Under the pieces are notes generated by a model, which saw only the letters and a list, made by a program, of their open reading frames with translations, was not told the DNA's origin and searched no databases. A stretch of DNA of 53,122 bases from Parasitella parasitica NRRL 2501. Lineage: Eukaryota > Fungi > Mucoromycota. Both the position numbers and the translations under genes were made by a program. Shown here in pieces: positions 36,752-50,119 of this stretch. The first letter of the stretch is position 1. Each line of letters starts with the position of its first letter. The stretch is from contig MU619407.1 in NCBI GenBank assembly GCA_025201805.1, forward strand, positions 1-53,122. The letters are read 5' to 3'.

Positions 36752-38791
36752 TTACTTGCATAAACTTTTTGGTATAGCATAATGATACTCGTCTATGCTT
36801 TGTTTGATTGAGCTCCACATATAATTTAATCTTCTACGCTTATTGTTACAATCTACAAGAAAGTCTTGGGCTTCTTTAAATCCTTTCTCGTCGTCGCATT
36901 GTTTTAAATAATTTGCTCTCAACATGTCTTGATATTCTGCGTTCAAATCGTAATAAGATCGTTTGGTTCCTTTGGGAGGCTCAGTCGATTGCAAGACCTT
37001 AATGTATTGAGGGAAATTGTCTATAAAGAATCGTTTGATTCGGTTGTAGTCTTTTTGTTGCTTCACGTAACTGTAACAATACGCACTGAACTTGTGTTGA
37101 TTTTTAATGTTGAGAGGTTTAATGCTGGTTGGCTCCTTGGGTGTGGGTTCATGCAGTGATGATGCTACTGTAGCTGCCTGAGTGGGAGTGGGCGCGACAG
37201 ATGAAGATGAGGACGATGTTGTGGACATTTTGGCAGACTTGGGTGGAGTAGGCGTTGAAACTATCGCTGCTACTGACTCCTTTACTCTCTTTTTAGGGCG
37301 TGGTGTAGGCATAACTAATGTATCACGGCTTGGGACGTCTACTATGGCATGTTAAATGACAAGTAATTTATCAAAGTGTTAATAACTTACCATCATCATT
37401 CATCACACTTTTTCTCTTTGTAGACGGAGATAGCTTTTCTTGAGTGTTGGTGTTGCCACTATTTTGTTGTGGGGGCAATGTTTTAGATGCATACTTCTTA
37501 CCAGCCGAGGAAGGCTTCAAATGTGATGCCGCTGATGCTGTAGCTTGTGGTGGTGGCGTTGGCACTAACAACTGTGTTGGCGTGATAGGCTTACTCCTTT
37601 GTGGAGAAGCAAGCTTTGATGGTAATAATGGAGTGCTAGGCGAAGCATGGTCAACAGGAGTTGATCTTCCCTTGCCCTTTTCTTGCTGTGGTGCTACTGG
37701 CTTGCGATTATTCAAGGGAGAAAGTGTTTTTTTGCCATTAACAAGCATTGGGCTTGTAGTTACAGGTGGTTTATAAGGCGATTCGGGATGGTATAGGTTG
37801 GATCGGTCTATTTCGAAACCTTGGCTCTGTAAAAGGTCATAGGCCTCTTTGGCATTATCAGCAGCAGTTAGTTTGTCAGTATTGGAGTAGAATGGCCAAG
37901 TCCAAATTTGTATGTCTTTGTAGAGGTTTGGCTTGAGACAAAACTTTTTACGTTCATCTTTTTTGATTGGAATGGCCACCTATAAGAAATTCTGATGTTA
38001 GTGCATAGTGTCATTATATTATTGTTTTTGGTTTGATTCTCTACCATGTCTAAAATATGCTTCACTTCTAATTGCTCGCATCGTTCTAATTGCGATCGAT
38101 TCAATGATTTGGTGATCTCAATTAATGACCATGGTTGTATAGCTAATCGTTGAACAACTCGAGTTTTCATAGAGTATTTTTCTTCTGATGGAGACGATGT
38201 CCTTGTCATGGGTGGGTCAAATGATTTAGATGATTTAGATGATTTAGAAGTCTTTTGTGGTGCATTCGAGCCTCTTGATGATGAAGAAGGTGTTGGTATA
38301 TTGCTGTTGCCATTGGATTTTGACCTTTTAGCTGAGCTAGACTTTTTTAAGCTGGCAGTGGTTTTGGCTGTTTTGCTCGATGGCGATGGTGATGAATTAT
38401 CGGTTGTGCTGGGTATATCTAGCAGTTCGATTCTTCTGGCAACCTTGTCTCTTTGTTCAACAGATTCTTTAGTACGCTTCTTTTCCTCTATTTTTTTAAT
38501 GGTAGGTGTGGCAAGTATAGAATCGCCAATGAAGTGAAGCGTACTCGAATTATTATTATAGTAGGTTGCATCAGCCTTTGGTGATGCTGAACCTTTCATT
38601 GCATCCAGCCTTATTCGTGCATCGCTTAATACAAGTTCCTACATACATATTAATATCGTTGTTATGGCAACGACAACTTTACTTACAAATACACCGGATT
38701 TCTTGTATTCTACGTGGAGCGACTTTTGTTTAGCCAACTTTTCAATAGTTTGAGCATCCAGTTTAAAATTAATGATCTTTTCTCTAGTCAT
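36752..38791 (-). CDS. RNA polymerase II elongation factor ELL-like protein with C-terminal occludin/ELL domain, 4 exons
   Basis: MKTRVVQRLAIQPWS and FCLKPNLYKDIQIWTWPFYS resemble the ELL middle domain; C-terminal IKNQHKFSAYCYSY..RRRLNYMWSSIKQSIDEY resembles the occludin_ELL domain. Confidence 0.75.
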
Positions 38792-39036
38792 TTTTAAAGA
38801 ATGGGCCAGATTTATGAAAAACTGAACAAAAAATTAAAATACAAATGAGAAAAACGAGTTGATTTCGGATCGTGGTGGTATTAATGAAAGCAAACAAAGA
38901 CAGAGGGGGGGGACTGTGAAGCTCAAAGAACTATCATAGAAGGACTGGGTTTAGAGCATCTCAAAAATGGGGACCCCCAAAAAGGTTACTAGAGCTACAA
39001 TTTATTTGGATTCATTATTTATTCTGTCTTTTAGTC

Positions 39037-39597
39037 ATGTCTGCTCGAATTTTCACTTATGAAGAGGTTTCCAAGCATAACACCAGAGATGATCTTTACA
39101 TGATCATAGATAAAAAGGTGTATGATATTACTAAATTTTTAGATGAGGTAATTTTTTCGATATATTTGGCATCTAAATCATACGCGTGAACTCATTTCTA
39201 TCAAATTGTGAAGCATCCCGGGGGTGACGAAATTTTAATTGAAGAGGGTGCAAAGGATGCTTCTGACGCATTTGAAGATGTTGGTCATTCTCCTGATGCT
39301 CATGATATGCTCAAGAAATATCATGTCGGTAAAGTGGATCCTGAGGTAAGTGATTCCATTGCTTTTATATTACAAATGTATTGATATGTTTTTTGCTAGT
39401 CGACACCAATTAGGATTGAGCCACCAGGTGCAAGTTATACCACCAATGAACAGAAAGGAAAGTAAGTGTTATACAGCGCGCATAACTGAGTGAGAATATT
39501 CAAACCATCCCGTCAAATTAGCCCTTTGCGTATCATTATTCCAGTTGTTTTCTTCCTTGGTTACTTTTACTGGCGTTTTTTTGTTCATAACGCTTGA
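39037..39597 (+). CDS. CYB5: Cytochrome b5 (tail-anchored), 4 exons; absent from ORF track
   Basis: MSARIFTYEEVSKHNTRDDLYMIIDKKVYDITKFLDE|HPGGDEILIEEGAKDASDAFEDVGHS..; C-terminal TM PLRIIIPVVFFLGYFYWRFF; TGA 39595-39597. Confidence 0.94.
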
Positions 39598-39662
39598 TTA
39601 GCCTTGGTTTGATTTATTGAGTAATAACAATAAAAATTAGATATATAGTTCAGTTAATGTAA

Positions 39663-41846
39663 TCAAGCGTCTATTTCTGACATATCACTCAAGTCAGGTC
39701 CGTCATCAAATATTCCTAAATCAAGACCGATATGCTCATCGCTTTCAGACTGAGACTCAATGATATTTGCTGGATGTTGTTTTTGTCTTTTGACTGAATG
39801 AGATTTCTACGTGAATAGCATCAGAAATGACCCAAAAAAAATCATAATTAAATTTACCAGTAAATTAGGCGCTTTATTTTCATTTTGTACCTGCCTTTCG
39901 TCTTCTGAGCCGTCGTCATCTTCATCATCAAATATATGGCCTCTTTTAATTGGCTTTTGCTCCCGATATCCAGTATTTCTTGCGCGAATACTATGTAAAA
40001 TACTAGCCGATGTATCAATCCTTGTGTCAACAGTTGTTGTTGCCAAATTATAACTTTTTGCTCGGTGAAGTTGTGGTGTGTTGAACATGATTCGCTTTGT
40101 TTTGTTTGGTCTTGGGCTTGTCATTGGTTTCCGAAGCGTTGATGGTGGTTCAGTACGCCGTGGTGTTCTTGGTAATGCATATGGTTGGCTTTGCTGATTC
40201 CGCTCTCTATGAGGGGTCTTTGGCTATGAAAATTCAATGTTAGACTAACATAAGCTATCCCAAAATTCGGATTGGCAAGTACCCTTTCTACAGCAGTTGA
40301 TTCAGATTGTTGATCAGAGTCTCCATAGATAACATCAAAATAGGGTTTGCCGTATACCAAAAAAGAGTGGCTTTTCAGTGCTTCATATTCCAATAATGCA
40401 CCTTCAAGTTCCTTGGTTACTTTAGGCAATTCTCTTGAAATACGCTTCCTAAATCTTTCTTCGCGAAGTAAACGGCCAGGATCACGATTACCTTTCCCAA
40501 ATAGTCGGTTTGGGTCGCTCGTAGTTGCTTCAAACTCGTCGATCTCCTTTTTTAATTTCATGTGCTTTTCAATGAGCTCCAGAATATATTTTGAATCTTC
40601 CAATTCCAATTGAAGTCTTGATATTTCATTTTCATAGGCCTCAAGTACAACATCAGTTATATGATCGCCGCATTGATCTGGCTGAAACTGAGCTCGCTGC
40701 TTTTCATTAAAATATAATCTATCCCATAGCGATGCAAGTTCTTCTTTTGCTGTCTGGATAAAGTCCCCTATTCGCTCCTGTTTCAACTGATTCAGCTTGG
40801 CCAATTCGTTTTCAAACTACAAATATAAATGTTGGCGACTATCTGTATTGGTCACATATGCATACAATTTACTTTGTCCAGATCTTTAGATGTCAAGCCA
40901 CGATTTGCCATCAAGAAAACGTCGCATTCTTGCTGGTTAACATGCAATCGATTCCAAAGATGCTTGAGGCTCATAACAATCTCTTCTTTGCGGCACTCAA
41001 CTTCGTGTCTTTGCTCCTGTAATTCTTTTGCTCTTTGTGATATATACTTCATGAAATCTTCGGACACAAGGATATTGCATAAATTCATTTTTTCATCAGG
41101 GTCATTTTCGATATGGAATTGTTGAATTAGTCTGTCTCGATCGCTTTCAGGCTGTATTCCTAGTAAAACAAACAAGTTGGAAACCTGTTCTACGCCATGG
41201 TCGATGATTTCTTTTCTTCTTATGTATTCGACCTCACATCTTAAGATCTCGTCTTCAAGAGCATGTACTGCCAGTGTGGACACATCGATATCATTTACCA
41301 TTAGCATGCTTGTATCTACAAAATTTCCCATAGCTTGTTTGAATTCCTGCAATTGCAGATATAATTCTATGCTATTGTTTAGATTATTTTCAAGAGATCT
41401 TTGAAAATTTTGCCATTACCTTTTACTGCTGAGAGTCTTTCGTCGTATTTCTATGATATCCAGGATGATGTTAGAAGGTGCATATTTTCAACGATAAAAA
41501 AGCAAACCTCTTTAACCGTTGCAAGCTCGTTTTGTAAATCGGCTAGATTTGCTTGTAATGATATTGAGGGGTTTAGTACAACTTTATCAGAAGCATATTC
41601 GCCCATTAATCTTTTATATGATAATATAGAACTTTGTGATCTTTTTGCCTCTTGGATTATATGCTGCTTGTCGTTTTCAACTTCGTTAACTTTTTCATTC
41701 GCAAATCTCTCAATAGACTTAAAGAATTTGGCATTAAGCTCGCATTTATCGTGCGATTCCAGACCAATTTCGTCTTGCAAAGTGGTCAATCTTTTGAATT
41801 CTTCTTGTATGCTACTGATCAATTTATCCATTTGTTGAGAGTCCAT
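39663..41846 (-). CDS. ASE1: Microtubule bundler Ase1/PRC1/MAP65, ~5 exons
   Basis: Coiled coils; ELASLWDRLYF; SDPNRLFGKGNRDPGRLLREERFRKRI..ELPK signature; ends ..MSEIDA*. Confidence 0.88.
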
Positions 41847-42267
41847 GGTGTTGTGAAAAAAAAAAAGGTTTAAAAAGGAGACTAACTGATGTGCACCGGT
41901 CCTCTTTTTCGCAACCAGGCTCACTCTAAATCGTCAAGTCACTGCCTTTTATTGTTGGTCGAGGCTGATTGCAAAAGATATGAATTACGATATAGTATAC
42001 AACAACATCTTCATAAAATGAGGAGAACAGAAACAAAAAATTACTACGTTGAGAATAAAGATATTCAAATTTTTTCTTTTTGTTGTTACCTATTGCGTTG
42101 AAGGTACTGAAACCCAAACAGGGTGCGATAAAACCATGTAAGAATGGTGAGTAACCAAGGTTTCATTCAAAGTCAGTTTTGAATCAAAAAAAATTAACAT
42201 GTTTGATCATTGCTTTGCTTCTTGGTCATATTTTTTGTTTTTTCCTCATCTATATACATTGAAATTA

Positions 42268-44065
42268 ATGCGACGCAACTCAACATTATCGGATGAAAAT
42301 TCGGATTCTAGTATGTCTTCAGCTTTCTCGACTTCTTCGGCAGATTCATGTGACAATACGACAACATCCAACTCGAAACAATTTTTTACAAACCTTGTAC
42401 AAAAGACTCGTTCTCAAGTTGAGCAAAAGACATCCGAGATAAATGCTACTATGCAAGAAAAACTACCTGAGTGGAAACAGCGTGGAGCTATGTATTCGAA
42501 TAAAGCAAAGGAAACTGGTATGGAATGGTCAAGACGAGGAAAAGAAGCCGTGGATAGATGGAAAAAAGATAGAGCAGGTGTGTATGCGTATGAATATGGT
42601 TTAGATGAACACTTAGCAGAAATTTAGAAGAAAATGCTTGTAATACTAGCAATTCACCTTCTCGGCAATCTCATTTTCATTCTGAAAATGCAGTATTTGG
42701 AATGCCTTTGGAAGTGGCGGTTGCATTAACGAAAATTGACCCAGATGATTCAATACCTGCTGTATTCAAAAGATGTATGGAATATTTAGACAATGTTGGT
42801 ATGCATCGTTACGCAACGTAGCAAACAATCACTATCTATGCTGATTATGTGCATGCTTATGTAGGTATCCACGAAGTTGGTTTATATAGGTAGGGTTCGC
42901 TTTAATTAGAAATGAACAAGAATTAGCTGAATATTACTCAAATTAGGATTCCTGGAAGTACAATCACTGTCAACAAACTACGATCAGCCTTTAATGATGG
43001 TAATCCTCGTGATGTGTTGCATGTTGTTATCCATCCCAGCTAATGTATTCGATAGGGTCCGATATTGATTTTGATGTAACAAAACCTGACACTCATGCTG
43101 TTGGAACACTGTTAAAGATGTATTTAAGAGAACGTTAGTGTAAAAGAAATGGATTAGATAATTTACTAATCGTGCTTTCAGTACCTGAACCGATCATCCC
43201 ACCTGAGTTGGATCATGAATATTCACAACAATTTTTACAATCAATTAAATCGTTGAATGAGGGGGATAAAAAAGCAATGGAGGATACGATCAATGTTACA
43301 ACATCTCTTTCTACGGTGGAAACAAGTAAATTACTGCCGATTTCACCTGCATTGTTAAAGACTGTGAGGTCAATTACGTCGAAACTACCAATATACAGCT
43401 TCTGTTTGCTACAATTTCTATGTAAACACCTAAAGAATGTTGCTGATCATGAAGCAGAAAATAGAATGTCGATATCAAACTTGGCAGTAATATTTATTCC
43501 TACATTAAACATTGGAAGAGCACTGTTTCATTGCATGGTTGAGCATTACAGTGACATATTTGAAGGCGTAAAAAAGACAAAAATACCGCCTCCATTACCA
43601 CAAAAACCTCGCAATTTGTCTATTTCAGATCCGCATGGAGCTGCGACATCTCCATTACCGCCCACCAACACACCCAGAAAGATATTTCATGCAAAAACAA
43701 TGTCAGATACCAATGCCATGACAACCAGTAGTATAGTCCCTTCAATAAAAATCCCGCCTCCCAAACCTAGTCGATCGCCTGCTTCAAATATTTGTAGTCA
43801 GCAACAATTACCGCTGCGTCCACCTAGAGTACTTCCTGTTAAACCGAGATCGAAGTCTGTTTCATCGCCTCATCGATTTGTTCAACAGCAACTAAAACAA
43901 CAACAGCAAAACCAACAGGATCAAAATGACGATGAAGAATCAGTTTGGATGCAAAGTGGTCGAGTTGAAGCGATTGGAAAACAATTTGAAACATGGATGA
44001 ATAGTAATATCACGACAACATCCCCTGCCTCCTCCTCTGCATCATCGTTTTCATTTCGAAAATGA
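42268..44065 (+). CDS. Rho GTPase-activating protein (RhoGAP domain), multi-exon, Pro-rich C-terminus
   Basis: VFGMPLE, IPAVFKRCMEYL, GIHEVGLYR|IPGS (Arg finger), AVGTLLKMYLRE, ENRMSISNLAVIFIPTL. Confidence 0.9.
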
Positions 44066-44159
44066 TAAATTCATTTGCAATCCATGAGATTTTTATGATT
44101 TCCTTTTTTTTTTTTCAAATCCAATGGATTTTAGGCAATAAATAAATGAAAAGAACGAA

Positions 44160-45894
44160 TCATGGTTTTTCAGGTGTATCAAAGTCCAAATCCCAAAAGC
44201 CCGGTGGCGTTCTGGCACGCTCTGTACGATGATATCGATGCCTTGAATTTAGTTGAATACGATCTTGTCCTGTCACTTGTAGCTGATTTCCATGAATGTT
44301 TGCGGCTAATACTTCATTACCATAGAACTACATTGCATTTCAGAGATTAATATATAAATGTCAGAAGGCACATTGAATATTTACGCTATTGCATGATATG
44401 CAAGTGTCGCCTTCCATATTTGATCTATTACCCCTATGACGAGGATTGTGTGTCGCTGTAGATGCTTTTTCTTGAGGCTTAGGGTAATTTCTGTTCAATG
44501 TTTGATTTGTTACATTTAATGATGCTTTTCGTATCGTTTTGCTTGAACATGCATCCTTCATTATCATTGTAGTCGGTGTTGCTTTTAGAAGAGGTATGTC
44601 TTCGGCCTTAGGAACACCATGGGCTACAACTTGCTCATGTTTAATCACATCGAGTCCTTTTCCTTTTTTACTTTTAACTGATTCCGCGATATGGTTTGTC
44701 TTGTCCGATAATGTAGTTGATAGCGATCTTTTCTGTGGTATTGCATTAATAGAAGTCTCGTGTCCATACATAGTTTGCTGTGCAGTTGCAGCTATTGTCG
44801 GTGTTGTATCTTTTAAGGACGCCACAATAGTTGACTTTGTTAATGGAGATGTATGAGTAGATGCATTCGCTGGTGTTTGTGCTGAAGTAAACGTTGAAAG
44901 CTTTTGCTCATAAAACATGGTATTCAAGGAACGCTGTGCCAAATTTTGTTTTTTTTTCGAATTGATTCTTGGCCTACAAGTTGGTTTTGCAGTTGAATTC
45001 GTCCTGTTATTTTGATATCAATGGGAATATAGAATGTCAAGGGTTTTAAGAACTTACTGTTCACTTGGTTTTTGGTATTTGAATAGAGATTCTGATTTTT
45101 CGTTTTTCAGGGCTATTGCATTCATCAATAAGTAGAACATTATGTTGCCAATACTTGGGATCTTACATTCATTCATTGCTTTTAATTCGTTTATTTCGTT
45201 TATTTGGCTCTCCACTTTTCCTTTCAAGTCTTGGTTTTCCTTTTCTAGATTAAGCAAAATTCTGTGAACTCATATTTGATTTATCGTAGTACTTTTTGAA
45301 AATTATACCTTGTATTCGAATTTGCATTCTGAGCTCTGTATACATAATCAGCAGTAAAACTATACATTAATCAATATCCATTACCTTGAATTTCTTTATC
45401 TATCCATTTTACTTGATCCTCCAATTCAACTATTCTAACTTTCATGCCTTCGTTTGCTTTACTTTCTGTTTGCTCTAACTGATAGAAAGCAGCTACTTTT
45501 CTAGAAACTTCCAGTGATTGTATCAAACGCTCGCATTTCAGGTCCTTTTCTTTCAGGCTGTGATCGTGTTTCAATTTGTACTCTGCAATTTCCATTTCTT
45601 TCAGCCTCTCTTGAGAGTTTATTGCGTCTTGTAGCTTAGTCTTCAACTCTTCCAAATTTCGATCGTTACTGATTCTTAGGCCTCTTATAGTTCTCCTGTC
45701 CTTGTCACATTTCAACCTTAGGCGTTCTATAAAAATACGTGCGTTTAATATAGGCTCAATCAACTAATGTGTCATCGCTAACCGAGTTCCCATTGTTTCC
45801 ACTCTGTGGAATTCACATCATGTGGTTCATTTCGCATATGCGTAATCAAATCCTGTCCTGGATCTTGGAGAAGAGTGCTGTTATTAGTGCTCAT
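44160..45894 (-). CDS. ctp1: CtIP/Sae2/Ctp1 DNA end-resection factor, multi-exon
   Basis: N-terminal coiled coil; spliced C-terminus GDTCISCNS|FYG..IQLNSRHRYH..RTPPGFWDLDFDTPEKP* carries the CxxC, RHR and TPPGFW signatures of the SAE2/CtIP domain. Confidence 0.88.
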
Positions 45895-46059
45895 TGATCG
45901 CGCTTGAGATATGCTGATGATTAGCTGTACAGAGAACGATGAATGTGCAAATTTCCCTGATTTGAGATTCAAGAAATATACCGTTTATGTGACCACTATT
46001 ATAATTCCTGTGTAAAAACTACCAAAGAAGTGAACATTTTCATCTGCATCCAATCCATT

Positions 46060-46656
46060 ATGACCAGCACAAACGACAATATCAAATACAGTGAATATGA
46101 ATCAGAAGTACAGCTACCTGATATTATGCAGTTGATTGAAAACGATTTATCAGAGCCCTACTCTGTTTATACTTATCGTTATTTCATACACAACTGGCCA
46201 AACTTGTGCTTTTTGGTAACTTTGTTTTTTCAATTTTATAGCAATAATATTAACAGCGGTTCAGGCAAGTGATGGAGACAAATATGTAGGTGTGATAATA
46301 TGTAAGCTGGATAGACACAGGGATAGACTTCGTGGGTATATTGCCATGCTGGCAGTAGCAAAATCACATCGTAAAATGTCTATAGGGTCCAGCCTAGTAA
46401 AAATGGCTATCCATGCTATGAAAGATATGAATGCGGACGAGGTAACAGGCAGTAAACATACAAAAAGTTATATACTTACTAGATTCGATAGGTTGTACTG
46501 GAGACAGAATTCACAAATTTTGGTGCACTTGGATTATATGAAAGATTAGGGTTTATCAAAGACAAACGACTTTTTCGATACTATTTAAACGGAGTGGATG
46601 CATTTCGACTTAAATTATTTTGCAAGACAATGATCAAAGGTGCCCAAACTGTATGA
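46060..46656 (+). CDS. MAK3: N-alpha-acetyltransferase 30 (NatC catalytic subunit), 3 exons
   Basis: [70 protein letters not shown]. Confidence 0.94.
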
Positions 46657-46675
46657 GGTGGAGCGTTTTTATTAT

Positions 46676-46726
46676 TAGTAGTAGTATTCATAGTAGTAGT
46701 GGTAGTGGTAGTAGTATGGTAGTATG

Positions 46727-46783
<57 letters not shown>

Positions 46784-46786
46784 ATA
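46676..46786. repeat. (AGT)n imperfect microsatellite between convergent MAK3 and APP1-like genes
   Basis: Direct reading; near-pure run ~46726-46783. Confidence 0.93.
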
Positions 46787-46787
46787 G

Positions 46788-48434
46788 CTAAATAGACATA
46801 TTTGTTGTTTTCGACATTAAAAACTCTTCTGCAACAACGGGATCCAACATAAGTTGTGATGCCAATGTAAATACTGTGAAAACACCCTCGCGCATACCAC
46901 TTGAAACTCTTTTCATACGTTCTTCAAATTGCTCCAATTTCGTTAACAGTGAAATATTTGGATTAGATATTTGTTGTTGTTCTTCTGGGATTTCTGTCTC
47001 TGCCATAGCATCCATTGCCAGTTGTGAAGTGGATCCTCTTCTCAACAACGAAGATTCCCTTGATAAAAATTTCCTCAAGCTTTTGTAGTATGGATCTGGT
47101 TTTTCTTGAGCTAGTTTATCTGCATCTTTGGCACGCTGAGAAGTTACATCGTGGATAAATATTTTTATAATTTGATCAGGATACTTGTTGTAAATTTCTT
47201 GATATATTTCAGGATCGATTTCTCCAGAGTCCCCAACCAAAATAAATTTACGGTGAGGGAAATCTTGGAGAATTTCTGGGATCGTTCCCAATTTATGTTT
47301 ACCGGGTTTGCCACGAATGAGTTCCTGAGTACTGACCGCTCTGAGATGCATACTTCCTTGTGGAAATTGTTTATTACTGATGAACTCGCTTAAAGCAGGA
47401 TAAACCTGCCAAGGTGAGTTCGATACATAATGAACATGTGCACCTTCGCTTATCCATGATCTAAATACTTCGCTCATGTGTGGCACTTCAATTGCTGTTT
47501 TGAAAAAGGTATTTTGTAGGATGGCATCTTTACCATCCAAAATATTTGTAACTTTGATTGTATCATCAATATCAGAAATAATTGAGATGCCATACTGTTC
47601 AACAATATCAATGTAGCCAGGGAATGAAGGTTCTATTAAGCAAAAAGTTAATTATGTGTGAGACTGATGTAACTTGTATCAGTACCATTTTCGGTGAAAC
47701 TGGCTTGGACAATTAAATGATCTTGTTTCTTTTTTAAAGCCAAAACTTCGTCCAAGCTTAAAAATACTTCTTTTTGAAATCTACCGCTTGGACCTGTGTT
47801 GACAGATGCAGCATAATCTCTAATTTTCTCTTGACTTTCAATTGATATATGGTCTTTGTTGTCCTCAATAATCTTTTGTGCGATAATTCCTGGTAAAGTT
47901 AATTGTATGTCCACCATTCGCATAGTCTGACAACGGAATTGATTTAATAATGTTGCGAAATGGTTATCTTCGACTGAGTCTCTAGTCAACCCACCATATG
48001 TTCTACCAGCCGCTGGAAAGAATGTTAGGATCAAAATTCAATTGCAATAACAATCATAATCAAGTACCTAATAACCAACGATCCAAGCGACTGGAGCTAG
48101 GTTTAGCAAAAGCCCAACCAGCAAGTACAATTTTATATTTGATTTCTTGATTATTTTCGTAGAATGGGCAAGCATAAGTCGGGAATAGCATACACTGAGG
48201 CTGGACAATTTCAGGAGTAGAGTCCTTCAAAATATCGTCAATTTCTTGTGTATCGCTACGTTTTAAATCATTGTCGACCACGTTTCTTTCGATGACGGAG
48301 GACGATAAGGAGGGAGAAGACTGTGTGGCATAGTATTGTTTAAGAGCTTGGCTCTTTGAAGATACAAATGATTTAAGTTGGTCACGTCGTCGGACCCGTG
48401 GCACATCAACAGGTCTAGCATTAACTCTGCTCAT
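46788..48434 (-). CDS. App1-type phosphatidate phosphatase (DUF2183), 3 exons
   Basis: GISIISDIDDTIKVT (DxDxT), HYVSNSPWQVYP, FPQGSMHL, FPHRKFILVGDSGEIDPEIY. Confidence 0.88.
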
Positions 48435-50119
48435 AGTATTAAAAGTGAAAGAAAGGAGGAAAAATCAAAAACTCTGTAGTTGCTAATTTATTGGTCTGCT
48501 TTCACCGAGACGGCGTTTCAAAACCCAACGTTGGTTTTACTTGTCAGTAAATCCTGATTGCAAATAATTATTTGAGACAATCTACTATGAATGCAGTGGC
48601 GTTTGACATATGCTTCTTTCTTTTTTTCTTTGCAATAGCAGTATAGTCAATTATCGAAATAATAGTATCATGCATTGTTAAAATATAACTCCACTTGTTT
48701 GAACTGAGGTAGCGTCTCAACTTGAAAAACTAATTGTCCAAAAAAAAGCTGCGTTGCAGATTCAATAATATGTTGTATTCCTGTAACTGTCAAATTTCGA
48801 TATAAAAAAGTGCCATAAGCAAAAAATAAATGATCATACTAACTATGCTCTGAAAAATGCTCAGGAAAAAAGTGATCATGATCAAAAAGTACCATTTTCT
48901 TTTCACTTGATAACATGATCATTTGTCGTGAACAAGCTGTTTATATTTTTTATTGTAAAGGGTTCAATTAAGAGAATAGAGGAAACTAGTGATTAGACAT
49001 TTGCTATTTAGTCGATTCTACTGATTCGGTTCTAGTTTTGGACATAAGAATCAACACTTTACCGTTTAAACTTCATGGTTATATAGCGAATCAGGGAAGA
49101 ATCAATTTCCAAATTCCTTCTCAAGAAACGCATAGAAAAAAGAATGCATATAATTGAGTGAGTTTGGGCCACAACTACATATATACAAAAATCAATTTGT
49201 CTGACTTTTTTTTTTATATATGTAGACTCTTTGGCTCAGGTTGTGCTGTTTGTGAACGCAGTGTTTATTCCTTTCAATCCGCATAATCATGCTGTCTAAA
49301 CTCCCATACAAATATTTACAAGAGATAATTTATTTCATATTGCATCTGGTTATACAGATTATTTCGATGACTAGAATATCAAAAGCTTCACAACTTGGTG
49401 CAGAGAAAATAAGAAAAAAACAAAAAACTGAAAATGAAGTTCAAATTAAGCGATCTGAATGCTGTACATTATGAAGGGAAGGCTCTTTGTTAATGTGAAG
49501 CTACCAGCCTTACAAAATAAGGTAACATTGAAATTCATTTTTGTAGATAAAGCTGTGCTAGCATTAACAGATCACCCTCCATATTACAAAGCATTTTGAA
49601 GCGTCTCAAGAGGAAGACTATGAAATAATAGGATATGTTTAGGATATAGATCAAATTTTAGCGGTAATGTATTATGCCAAGTATAGTACATCATAAAATG
49701 AGCATGAGTAGAAATGTGTAATAGAATAGGAGGACTTTATTTAGATATGGCAAAGAGACATGAGCTGTGCCATTGAATAGCTGATCTTTATCCCAGTGCA
49801 GAGTAATGATATCCTATGGCATTTTGTTCCTGATGAATGTTCTTCCACCAAATTTACTATGAAGAAATATTCTATTATTTATACGCATCTGAGCTCTTCT
49901 CTTACTGGTGATTCCACCAAGCTCATATAGATTGGTTTAAGGCATACCCAATCATCCCTTATCCTAGATCAAGGCCCTATTGCTGGGGCACTGTCAGATA
50001 GCTATAAATACTTTCGAAACATACGCTAGTTTAAATCCTCATTCAATCTTGGACTAGATAGATAGATATTGATGTGTTTAGGATTGAGTTTACTTGAGTT
50101 TGACTTCCGGTTGGGAATT

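Noticed and set aside
49640-50050. Possible LINE C-terminal fragment (minus strand) or solo LTR
   Set aside because: Only faint resemblance (SLVESP..IIEYFFI); no partner LTR or intact motif visible in the window
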